Below, piece after piece: positions 51,020 to 63,321 of a stretch of 64,000 bases of DNA. Origin of the DNA: Azolla caroliniana. Lineage: Eukaryota; Plantae; Polypodiophyta. Each line of letters opens with the position of its first letter. Positions within the stretch are counted from its first letter, which is position 1. Below the pieces are notes generated by a model. The model was not told the DNA's origin, ran no database searches, and saw only the letters and a program-made list of their open reading frames with translations. Location of the stretch: positions 22,940,001 to 23,004,000 of the forward strand of contig JBHGNT010000003.1 of NCBI GenBank assembly GCA_043228905.1, written 5' to 3'. The translations under genes were made by a program, and so were the position numbers.

Positions 51020-54000
51020 TTTCTGTGTTAACCTCGCTCTGATACCACTTTGTTAAACACAGTGCTCGGCTACGACCGAGGAATAGGATCAACTCACAGA
51101 AAAACAGGAAATACAAAATACACGAAGACAACAGAGAGAAAGGTACACAGGATGTTTTACGTGGAAAACCCTAAATGGGAAAAAACCACGGGAGTCCTCA
51201 AACTCCAACTATCACTATAAACAGAGATGTACAATGGTAAAGCTACAAGGCAACAACCTTGAGCTCACTGTCTTCGCCACAGGCGGCGGCAATACACAGA
51301 GGCGTCGACCTCTTCCTTTCTCTCTCTTTCTCTCTCGGCTGCTCTCACTTCGCTCCCTTGGCAGAAAACATAAAATGAGCAACAACATTTAAACTGTTTG
51401 CCCTAAGTCATATTTATACACATATGACTTTCGGGCTATTTACAAATATAGCCTCAAGGGCTCTTGGCAAATATATTCACAAATATGTCCCCGCATCCGG
51501 ATCTCTCTCCGGGTACATTCGTCATCCGGCTCCGTAACCGGGGTCTTCATCATCCGGCTCCGTAACCGGGGTCTTCAGCATCCGGCTCCGTAACCGGGGT
51601 CTTCATCATCCGGCTCCGTAGTCGTGGTCTTCAGCATCCGGCTCCGTAACCGGGGTCTTCATCATTCGGTTCCCGGATATCCGACCATCCCATCCGGAGG
51701 GACCGTAATCCCAACAGTTTTGAGTGAAGAAGAATAAAAAGGATGTAAGAGCTCTTCCTCCCTATATTGTATATATATCTTTCATTCTGATACTATGATT
51801 GATTGATTCTTTTCTCTATATCTACATCATTTGTTAATGTCTATGTTTCTATATCTATACATGTATGTTACTTATTGATCTCGGAAGCCTACTACGTGTT
51901 TCGTTGTGCATGTAGAGTTTAGAATTGGTATCAGAGCCTAGAAAATCGTAGCTTGCTTTGTGTAATATGGCTGACATATCCTCTCAAATTGAGAAGTTAG
52001 ACAAGAATAATTATTAGCCATGGAAGTTTCGTATGAAGAACTACTTGATAGACAAAAATCTATGGGGATATGTGTCAGGAACAATTGTGAAGCCATCCTT
52101 ACCAACCAAAGGAGTAATTGATGAGCAACGTGAAGCTTTCATGCAATGGAACGAGAAAGATAAGATGATAATTTTTGTTTTGTCACAAAATATTTCAAAT
52201 TCAATGATTGGTCATATTCAAGTTTTAGAAACTTTTGAGGAAGTTTGGAATTATACATCCTCTACGAAAGCACGGAAAATTCAACTAAAGAATAAGTTGG
52301 ATAATATGAAAAAAACTCCCTTAATGTTTATCAATGATTATGTCTTGAAAATCAAGGATTTGATAGATGCGTTAGCATCAATTGGAAGTCCCGTAGATAA
52401 TGATGATAAAGTTGCATTTTGTTTAAATGGTTTAAGGGAAGATGATAAATGGAAATCATTCATTACATCAGTATATGTTAGAGATAGTATGCCCGATTTT
52501 GATCAGTTGGTTGCTCTAATGGTAACAGAGGAAACGAACTTGCAAGGGTCAACCTCTAGTTCAAATCAGTCTCAAGTTTTCTATGCAGGAAATAGAGGAA
52601 GAGGCAGATACAATTGAAGTCGTGGAAGAGAAAGACGTTTTCCACCACAATTTCAAGAACAAAGTCAACAAAAACAAAGTAACGAGAATATAAGAGGAAG
52701 AAGAGGTGCAGGTACAAATACTCAAAGAAGAAGATATGGAGCTAGGAAAGGTAGTGTCACATGTTATGTGTGCGGAAAACAAGGTCATTATGCACATCAA
52801 TGTTACCATAGAAGTCAAGGTAACAATAATTATGCTTCTACATCTAAAAATGAAGACAATTAAGAAAATTTGCTTGTTATGAATCACGTGTTGAGTAATA
52901 ACGATGAAAATATTGATCATAATTGGTATATAGACAATGGATGTAGTAATCACATGTCATACAATTAGGAAGTGTTTGAGAATTTTCATGCTCCGAATGT
53001 GTTTGGTTATGTACAAACTGGGGATGATACTAGGCATAGTGTTGAATTGGTTGGGCAAATACCGTTACAAGATACGTGTGGTACTAGAAATAAGTTGATT
53101 GATGTGTTGCATGTACCCACGATCACAAAGAATTTGATTTCTGTAGGACAAATGGTGGAGAAAGGATTACAAGTAAAATTTAATTATAAAGGGTGTTTTA
53201 TAGAAGATCCTAAGAAAGGATATAAGGTGATTGCTAAAAGAAAAAAAGAGGGAAGGATGTTTACTATGGATATTAAGAAAGTTGATAGAACATACTTTGC
53301 ACGTGGAAATGAAAAGATTGTTGAAATTGATTTATGACATAAGAGGATTGGTCATGTGAATTTACAAAAGTTAAAAAGTATGTAGTTGAACGAATTAGTG
53401 TTTGGTTTGCCTCATTTTAAGAATAACGAGATGCATTATGTATTTGAAGCTTGTCCATTTGGAAAACACGCTAAGAAAGAAAGATTCATGAGCTCTCATG
53501 TGTTACAACGAATACATATTGATGTTTGGGGTTTGTCAAAAGAAGTATCACATGGAGGAAGCAAGTATTATGTGACTTTTGTTGATGATTATTCAAGAAA
53601 GGTTTGGGTGTACTTTATGAGAAATAAGTCAAATGTTTTTTATTATTTAAAGATATTTAAGAATCAAGTAGAGAATGAAGCAAATACTAAGATAAAAATA
53701 TTAAAGTCAGATGCAGGGGGAGAATATTTTTCTCATGAATTTTCAAATTTTTTATATGATTGTGCAATAAAAAGGCAATATACATGTAGATACACGCCTC
53801 AACAAAATGGCGTTGCTAAGAGAAAGAATAGGACCATTGTCGAAGTTGCAAGGTCAATGCTTAATGAAAAGTGTATACATTACTCTTTTTTAATCAATTA
53901 TTTTCATATTAATGTCCCCCACAATTTGAGAGGAATTCATGTTTATATCCATTTTTCTAGATGTGATAACGATCTGGGATAAAAACAAATTTCCATGAAC

Positions 54001-54216
54001 AAGAAAGACAACTAGAACTCCCCCGATTGAAGAGGTCGAAGATGATGAATACAATAGAAGACTTGCAATTTGTGTTGAGTATGTGGATGCTAACAACACA
54101 AGATTCCTTATTTTAATCGTTGCTTCCCGCACAGGCCACCAAATTTAACTTGCTATATCTCGTTACGAAGCTCTGATCAAGGGCTTTCTAACGCATGTTT
54201 ATGCTCAATTCAGTTA

Positions 54217-54301
54217 TGTAAAAGGAATAGCATGCGGAAGCAATAGAAAACCGAACACAGAAACACAGGTTTAATGGAGAGCTTGAATATACACAGGATG
54301 C

Positions 54302-54332
<31 letters not shown>

Positions 54333-57300
54333 CAAAACATAAACTCAATTAAAAAAATAACTCTAACACTCTATACATCCAACGTGCTAAACAACACTAT
54401 TTATACAAGTCCATAAAGGACTCATAGAAGTACTGACAGGTACTTCAATGCTCACACAAGCATCTAACACTAACTACGAGACATTAACTACCTAGTAGTC
54501 CAGACTGCTACTAGGCTTCCGGCTAACCGGCTCCCCAGCTCACTGATCCGGCTCATCCGTCCGGATGCCGATCTGGCTCAGGCTTATTCAGCCGATCCGG
54601 ATCCGGTTGAGCTTGTCGTTCAACACTCCCCCTCAAGCTCAACTTGAGGTCGGATCGTAGTGTTAGTCTCCATGGAAGCTGTCATGAAGACATACATCTT
54701 GGCTTATCATGACATTCATCTTGGCGAACCAGGAATCGAACCCATAACCTCTTGGTTTACATATTGTACTTTAACCATTGTAATAACATATGTGAGATGT
54801 AATCATAATAATTATATGTTTAGTTATTACGAGATATTTAGAACATTCTAGATTATTCTAGAATGTTCTTGAATATTTCATGATTATATTTATTATTATT
54901 ATTATTCATAAATATCTAAAATATTCTAGAACATTCTAGAATACTCCATAAGGGCCTATAAATAAGAGTCCATACACTCATCACAACTCATTCGGTTCAA
55001 CACCAGTCTTTAGCCCTTAGCCTACTCCTTGTAATCTTCTTTCTCATAATATAATCGCATTCCCATTTCTTATCTCTCACTTATACTTTTCTCTCTCTCG
55101 CACTCTCTCCCTCTTTCACTCTCTTTCTATCACTATCGCTATCTCTACCGCTCTCGCCATCTCTATCGTTATCGTTATCTCTATCGCCATCGCTCTCTCT
55201 CTCTGCTTCCTACTCAAGAGTCACGACAGCAGCCGGTCCTGCCACTCGGCTCCTTCTGACGTCACTCTGCCTCGCTCGCGCTCCTCGTTCGGTCTTGTCT
55301 CGTTTGCTGCGACCCTTCTGATTTTGTGCACCTTGTCCTCGTCGGTCGGCTTGTCTGCTCAACAGGCCCAATTCAGCTCCCTCACTGTTATGGCTTCGGT
55401 GCTTGCCGATTCGCCGATTCCTTCGTGTTGGTGTCGACTTTCGTTGCCTTCTCATTCTCTTGGCCTTGAATTGATTCGGTTCTTCCAAATCCGTCTGTTG
55501 AACCGAATCGACTGTCTCCGATTCGTTCTAGCTCTTGTCCGAATCGGTCGCTCCCAATTCGTCTTCCGGTTCCAGGCCCTTCACCACATCGGACCATGTC
55601 CGGGTCTTGGCCTTCTTCTTCCGGTCGGCTCTGTCCTTCTTGATTCTGCCGCCGCTACCGCTTGTTCTGACTTGTTTGGATGGGTCAACTTCCTTTGTTG
55701 ACTCGGCTCCTTTTTGCGTCTTGTCTCTCCCTTTCACGATTCTTCCCTCACCGGTGCAATTGGTAGTTTCATTCCCTTTGTCTGTTCCGGTGTCTTTGCC
55801 CGTTCTCCCCCTCAAGTGTGGCACGTCGAGATGCTGAACCCCAAGCATTTCGGTGAAGTGCTGCAACTTGTCCGATCCGAGCAGTTTGGTGAAGATGTCA
55901 GCAAGTTGCCGATCCGTATGAACATACCGAAGTTCGACCTCACCGCTCAGGACACCCTCACGCACGAAGTGGTAGTGTACTTCTATGTGCTTTGTGCGAG
56001 CATGGAATACAGGGTGGTTCTTGGCGAGCTGCATGCTACTTATGTTGTCGCAGTAGATCAGGATCGGGGTCGGCACCTCGGTCCGCAGGTCTTGCAGCAG
56101 TCGCCGAAGCCAAATGGATTCACAAGTGGCAACGATAGCACCCCGGTATTCAGCCTGAGTGCTCGAAAGGGCCACTGTTGGCTGCTTTTTGCTGCTCCAC
56201 GCAACAGCTGCGCTACCAAGCGAAAACATGTAGCCGGAGGTGGATTGGCGATCCGATGCATCATGGGCCCAGTCGGCATCAGTGTAGCCGACTAGCTCTT
56301 GAGTTATACCATGCCGGTATAATAGTTCCCGGTCCTTCGTGCTGCTCACATATCGCAAAATTCGATGCGCACACAAAAGGTGCTCCATGGTCGGCTTTTG
56401 CATATATTGGCTGATCACGCCGACCGGATAACTTATGTCGGGTCGGGTGATTGTAAAATATATAAGGCTTCTGACGATTTGTCGGAACCGCTTCTCATCA
56501 CAGGCCGGTCTGGAGTCGGGACAGAACTTCTAGTTCCGGTCCAGGGGTGTGGAGATCGGTTGACATTTCGTCATGCTGAACTTGTACAACATATTCAACA
56601 CATAGTGTCTTTGTGATAGCAATATGCCTTCGGGGGTTCGGATCACCTCGATCCCAAGGAAATAGTGAAGGTCCCCCAGGTCCTTCATCTCAAATGCGTC
56701 AGACAGTTGGGATTTGACTCGGCCTATTTCATTGAGTCATGGTCCCGTGTTGACTAGATCATCAACATACAACAAGATGCAAACCGGACCGTCCGGACCT
56801 TGCCAGATGAACAACGAAGAGTCGAACATAGAGGCCACAAACCCCATCTTACGCATCTGGTGCGTGATCTTCGCATTCCAAGATCGGGGGGTTTGCTTCA
56901 GGCCATAAAATTTATCTCCGACTGGAAACCGGGGGGTTGGGTCATAAAGACCTCTTCTTCAAGATCACCTCGAGGAAATGCATTCTTCACGTTCATTTTG
57001 TGAAGATGCCACCCCTTTGCCGCAACAGCCACCAACACCACACGAACCATCATCATCTTCGCTACCAGAGTGAAGGTCTCGCCGTAGTCGATTCCGTGGG
57101 TTTGCGCGTATCCCTTCGCCACTAACCGGGCCTTGTACCGGTTAACCGTCGACATTGTACTTTACCTTGTACACCCACTTACATTCGATCGATTTACAAT
57201 GTTGGGGAGGGTCAACTAGGTCCCATGTGTCATTGGCATCAAGTGCTTGCGTTTCTTCCTCTATAGCGGCACGCCAATTTGCGTCCTTTGCCGCTTCTGC

Positions 57301-59622
57301 GTAGCTCTCTAGCTCACGCACTTCCACCACCTTGGTCATGTACGCATAGTGATGCACCATGTACTCATTGTACCCATACCGCTTCACGGGGTTCTTCTGG
57401 CGGGAAGACTTCGCTCTTCCGCTCAATGAGGTAGATCCATGTGTGCTGGTTGTAGTTGTCGATGAAGGAGAGGAAATATCGACTCCCGCCAAGACTCACG
57501 TTCAGTGCCGGTCCCCATACATCGAATGGATTGGATCGAGCTTGTTACGGCTCCGGTTTCGTTTGGTGGGGAATGGAAGCCGGTGTTGTTTCCCGAGTTG
57601 GCAGGCTTCACATACTTGGGCCTTCTGGCCACAAAACTTCGGCAAACCGAAAACAACTTGTTTCATTTGCAAGTCTTAAAGCCTCTAGTAATTGATGTGG
57701 CCGATCCGCTTGTGCCAGAGATCAATATCCGATTCAATCTTTTTTCCTTTGGTGAATAAAGTGGTGCCGACTTTATTGGTGTTGAGGATGAAAATCCTCC
57801 CATCTCTGTGCCCTTCAATAATCTGGCCCTCTTCCTCAATGAAGCACCCAAGGTGCGTAAACCGCACCTGCATCCCCTGGTCAACGATCTGACCGACTGA
57901 CACCAGGTTCTTCGTGATAGTCGGAATGTGCAATACGTTCATCAGCTTCCCCCTTTGTCTGACGTGGCTCAAAGGGACTTCTCCGACATGCACGATTGGG
58001 TGAGGTTGATTGTCTCCAATTTCGACGACTCCCGGTTGTTCCGGTTTCTCCAAGAAAGAGAACCACTCTTTGTGGTTCGTCATGTGAATTGACACACCGG
58101 AATCAACGTACCACACTTGCTCCGATTTGGAAGTGGTCTTCTTCATCGAGCTAGCCTCATGTTTCATCACCAAGGCTGGCTCGATCCTCCCGATCCTTCT
58201 GCGTAATGCGAGTATTGCCGGTTCTCTCTATTGGCCTTGCCAGAGCCGGATCTGTCTGAAGCAGCGCGCTTCTTCTAGCACTCGCTTTCTCTGTGACACT
58301 TTTTACCACAATATCAGCATTCCGTGTCGGCCTTTGCTTGCCGACCTCTGGCGCTGCCTTGACTCCCCCTGCTTTTGGAGGGTTTGGAATTGTTGTCAGC
58401 ATGTTCTCTGTGCCTTCAGTCCTACTCTTGTTGGCCGCTACCATTGCGAGCCGACTCGCCTCGTCCACCATGCCCACGGGGCCGATCCGCCTATTTGTAC
58501 AGCATCCGGATGTCGATCTGTGCACTTGTTGACACACCGGCGTGGTTCTCCTCTACAAGGAGCATCGACTGTAAGTCGAAAAATGACGGCGTATTCTCCC
58601 TTGTACATACTGCAATTCGGAACGTTGCGAACTTCGACGCTAGTCCCCTGAGACAGATCTACACCATCTCGCCTTACTCGACGTTCACATCGATAGAGGC
58701 TAAGGAGTCGCATATCTCTTTGATCTTCGAGGTGTAATCAGCCACCTACAAGTGGCGTTGTCGTAAGTTGCTCAGCTCCTGTCGGAGTTGAAGCTTCCTG
58801 GCTGTGGTGCTTGCGACGAAAATCTTTTTCAGATTTCCCCAAGCATCCTTCGGCATTTTCGCATCCTGAATATAGCTCAGAAGTTGTTCGCCCACACAAG
58901 ACCCGAAGCAGTATAGAACTCTGCTCTCCGACTGTTCCCAAGCCGGGAAGTCTTTGTGTGTTGAATTGGGTGTTGTGTCGTTTGCTCCGTCGATGTAGCT
59001 CTAGTATCCATGCCCGAGTAGGTACTGGTGCATCTTGTAAGACCAAGACGCGTAGTTGTTTCTGTCGAGCTTCTCAGTAGGAAACGAGCTAGCCATGCCT
59101 CTATCCATTTTGTTTTACCTGTTCTTTACGAAGGTTAGGTTTGCTTCTCGAGCTAAGGTCAGTTGCAGAGGTTCTCAACCCTTGCGCTCTGATACCATGT
59201 AAAAGGAATAGCGTGCGGAAGCAATAGAAAACTGAACACAGAAACGCGGGTTTAATGGAGAGTTTGAATATACACAATACGCACGCGAGAGAGAGAGCAG
59301 AACATAAACCCAATTCAAAAAATAACTATAACACTCTGTACATCCAATGTGCTAAACAACACTATTTATACAAGTCCATAAAGGACTGACAGAAGTACTG
59401 ACAGGTACTTCAATGCTCACACGAGCGTCTGACACTAACTACGAGACATTAACTACCTAGTAGTCCAGGCTGCTACTAGGCTTTCGGTTACTGCTTGATC
59501 CGGCTAACCGGCTCCCCAGCTCACCGGCTCACTTGCTCACCGATCCGGCTCATCCTTCCAAATGCCGATCCGGCTCAGGCTTATTTAGCTAATCTGGATT
59601 CGGTTGAGCTTGCCGCTCAACA
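54217..59622 (-). mobile_element. Degenerate full-length Ty1/copia
   Basis: LTRs 59198-59622 and 54217-54625; PBS 59186-59197; PPT 54626-54637; gag, PR, RT, RNase H remnants with frameshifts; integrase core apparently deleted. Confidence 0.92.
54680..55228 (+). mobile_element. Solo LTR related to the chromovirus LTR
   Basis: TGTCATGA...TCACGACA; flanks GAAGC/GCAGC; shares GGTTCAAC.CCAGTCTT and GAACATTCTAGAA with the 445-bp LTR. Confidence 0.85.
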
Positions 59623-59695
59623 GGTTCCTGATAGAGATCGCAACAATAAAAACAATTTCGCTTCTTCTTTCCCTCTTCACTTTGGCTTTTTCATT

Positions 59696-59733
<38 letters not shown>

Positions 59734-59787
59734 CTCTCTCTCTTCCTCTCTTTTTTTCTTGTTGGTAAAAGCATGCAATTATATTAA

Positions 59788-60100
59788 GGGAAAAGTACCA
59801 GGATGCCCCTAGAAGTTCATCTATTTACCAGAATGCCCCTAGAAGTTCCAAATTTACCAAACTACCCCTATGTCCAAAAAATTACACTTTAGAAAGTAAT
59901 TATACACTCAAATCTACAAGCCCTATTTACCAAAGATGGAAAAAATGGACCCAAACTAGCCCTATTTACCAAATATTTGAGTGTATAATTACTTTATAAA
60001 ATGTAATTTTTTGGACATAGGGGTAGCTTGGTAAATTTGGAACTTCCAGGGGCATTTTGGTAAATAGACGAACTTCTAGGGGTATATTGGGACTTTTCCC
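59788..60100. mobile_element. Mutator-type MITE
   Basis: ~125-bp TIRs starting GGGAAAAG; exact 9-bp TSD TTATATTAA at 59779-59787 and 60101-60109. Confidence 0.92.
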
Positions 60101-60149
60101 TTATATTAATTGTATGTAAAATCGACTTAGCTACAACACTTCTTAGGTT

Positions 60150-61955
60150 CCTCTACCTATCATATGCCTATGTAGGGAGAGGGACATCCTCTAATGCTAT
60201 TCAAAAAACCCGAATAAGCATTTGAAGAAATGATCCCCACATGCTCTAACATCCAAAAATTCCACATGAGAATACCTTTTAGCTTCTTTATATAGGGTTT
60301 CACCCCATGTCTATTGCCAAACATGAAAGCATTACGCATATTCCAATTGTGTTGTAGATCCCAATAACGTAAAAATTAGAACAATATCTCCATTTCATCA
60401 TTTGATCCATTTTGAACATATTGAGAAAAATTCCATTCCTGAGGTCTCAAACAACAACGGGTTAAAACTTGCCAAATGTCCGATAAATACTTCCAAATGG
60501 TACATGCTACAGGACATTTGATGAACCTATGTGTACTATCCTCCAATGGAACGATGCAAAAGAAACAAGTGCCATACCCTAGTCCTCGTCTCTTTAAGGC
60601 CAAACCTAATGGGAGCCCACCAATCATGACTCTCCATATGAATACCTTTGCACGAAATGGTAGATGGGAATGCCATCCACGTTGTAATATTTTCCACCAC
60701 CTTGCATTTGACTTACATACATTCCACAACTTTGCTACTTTAGGAGATAACCAACATAATGATTCCATAGGATGATGATACAATATATTTGTAGTGACCT
60801 ATGACAAGCGCGTACCATCTTGTAATTGCCAATCTACCCAAGGTGCAAAATTTGTTTTCAATGGTAAAGATCCTCGCAACAATGGTTTATCTTGTAATTT
60901 CTCCCAAATAAATCCATAATTTGGGGGAATACATAACCATCGCGTGGCATCTTCAAAATCTAACACATAGTATGAACCATACGTACCATACGTGCATTCG
61001 CATTCGTGAATGGTTCAATCATTCGTGAATGAAAAACACCCTCCAAGAACGATAAATACCATACTTTTGGATTAACTATTTATTATGAGGTAGATAAGCC
61101 TAAAAATAAATAAAAAAACAAAAAAAAACATTTAAAAAATGGGAAAAAAACACAAGAATGTTTAGATAACATTCGCATTCGTTTTCCAACGTAGGAAAAC
61201 GAATGTTATACTAGACAAACACGAATTTTACGTACTATGATCTGACAACCTTTGAGATTCATTATCAACCACATCTTCCAAATGTACAATCCCCAATCGA
61301 AATAAACGATTGAATTGAGATCTCAACTTCTCTTTCCCATGCCAAAACAACACTCGAGAAGAAACAAGCAATTCATTTTGTAATGAATTACAATATTCTC
61401 GATCACTTGATGGTCCCCATTCAAAAAGAGATAATGCATCTTGCCACGATCTTACCAAATGTTGTCCACATACAGAATGCCGAATCTTTAAAGGAATACT
61501 TCCATTGAGTAGTGACCACCATGATGCTTGAATCTTTGTTTTCCCATGCACCAATCCTTCATGCTCAATACAATATTGCATCATAAATATTCATAGTTGA
61601 TCTTGTTGACATATATCTCGTAATAACGCGAATCTACGAGCCATCAAATGCTTTTTCAAATCTAATATTGCTGCACCACCTAACCTTTTAGGAGTAAGCA
61701 AATGGTCCCATGAAATCCATGTAACTCCCATAATTTCTCCCTTCCGCCACAACATGAACCGAATAGGTTGTAACATGTTTTTTAATGTCTTCTTAGTCCA
61801 AGGAAGTAAAGGCAAAAAATATAATAACATGGGTATCAAGATACATTGCACCACTTTTGAGTCGTACATGAGAAGGCCATAATTGAGACTTCCAATAAAT
61901 AAATTTTTCTTTCAATTTATTACCAATCCAATCAATCAATTGAACATTTGTAACA

Positions 61956-61960
<5 letters not shown>
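60150..61960 (-). mobile_element. L1-type LINE 3' remnant (RT C-terminus and zf-RVT)
   Basis: WISWDHLLTPKRLGGAAI; KVFIWR...CFFC...EDSTHRFIKC; frameshifted. Confidence 0.88.

Positions 61961-62025
<65 letters not shown>
61960..62025. repeat. (CT)n microsatellite
   Basis: About 33 pure units at the LINE boundary. Confidence 0.95.
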
Positions 62026-62028
<3 letters not shown>

Positions 62029-62248
62029 ACTTCTCATCACGTGGCCGAAATCACGATTCAAAAATCTGACATGAACCTCTCATTAATCCCACATGAGAGA
62101 GAGAGATAGACAGAAACACATTAAAGAGAGTTGGAATCTTGATTTTCACATTATCAACTTGAGTTGCCAAATCTATTTTCGTGTTTTTTCCTCATTAACT
62201 TACTCAATGTGGATGACTATATTGCTCATTTTGGTTTTTGTTAAATTC

Positions 62249-62958
62249 ATGAAATCAAGCTATCTTTGCTTGGCCAAATCTATTTGTGATTTTTTTCTCC
62301 ATTATTAGTCACATCATAACTTTTTGCAAAGTTATTTGAGGAAACCATGCTATCATTTCTCATAAAAAATGTCATTTATGGAATATAAAAGTTCCATGTG
62401 GAAATAATAGTTCTAGTTCTCTCTCTCTCTCTCTCTCAATCAATAATCTATCTAGTCACACCATGAATGATTTTAAAGGTATTAGTTATATTGTGAAATG
62501 CATAAATACACCATAATATCATAAATAATCTTAAAAATATTAGTCATATCATAAATTTGTCTAGAATTGTTTGAGGAAACGATCAAAGGGAGCCCTATGA
62601 TAATTTATTTATTTTTCCAAAAAAAAAACTCCTTCCATTAGTTATAAAATTTTACAAATGAAACGATTATGTACAAATCCCCTATGATAAATTTGAAATC
62701 TTTAATGATGTTAGTAAAGACATTATTGATTGAGAATGAGAACCACAACTATGATAAGAACATGGAAATTTTACTCAAGACAATTCTATAAACAACATTT
62801 TCGGTGAGAAAAATGATTGTGTGATTTTCTTAGAACATGATTTTGACAAATGCTAAAATCAAGCTATCTTTGATTGGCCAAATCTATTTGTGCATTTTTT
62901 CTCCATTATTAGTGACATCATAACTTTTTGCAAAATTATTTGAGGAAACCATGCTATC
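62249..62958. repeat. ~105-bp dispersed direct repeat
   Basis: AAATCAAGCTATCTTTG...GAGGAAACCATGCTATC near 62252 and 62856. Confidence 0.8.
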
Positions 62959-63321
62959 CTTTCTTAATCACCACTTTCCAATGGTTATTAATACATAGGT
63001 CACTACCGGTTGGTGCATGGTAGTGTGGGAGCCATAACTCTCCTAATTGTGTAGTGTGCCCAAATGCAATAGAATCAATCCGACATGCTGTCGTGAAGAT
63101 CCGTCACTACGCGCGGATCGTGAGGCGAAACCGCCGGGGTTCTGGACCGGAAGGATTCAAAGTCGGTACAAGCTTTGGCGCAAGCTTTAGCGAGAAAGTA
63201 CTTAAGATAGATTGGGAAAGAGAGAAGTTGAGATCACACGATTGAGAGAGATTGATTGAACTTTTAACTTTAGATTTAAGAAACAAGTTACACGATCAAT
63301 TTGATAACGAATTTCTTCCTC

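Larger units (their letters stand above)
40405..51716 (-). mobile_element. Young full-length Tnt1/Tork-like Ty1/copia, interrupted by a gypsy element
   Basis: LTRs 51051-51716 and 40405-41182; TSD GTTTT; PBS TGGTATCAGAGC 51036-51047; PPT AAGGGGGAG next to 41182. Confidence 0.97.
40155..53870 (+). mobile_element. AT-rich degenerate copia whose 5' LTR is split by the young copia
   Basis: LTR 40155-40404 plus 51722-~51923; PBS TGGTATCAGAGCC 51926-51938; gag from 51967; PR and INT to ~53870; 3' part missing. Confidence 0.85.
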
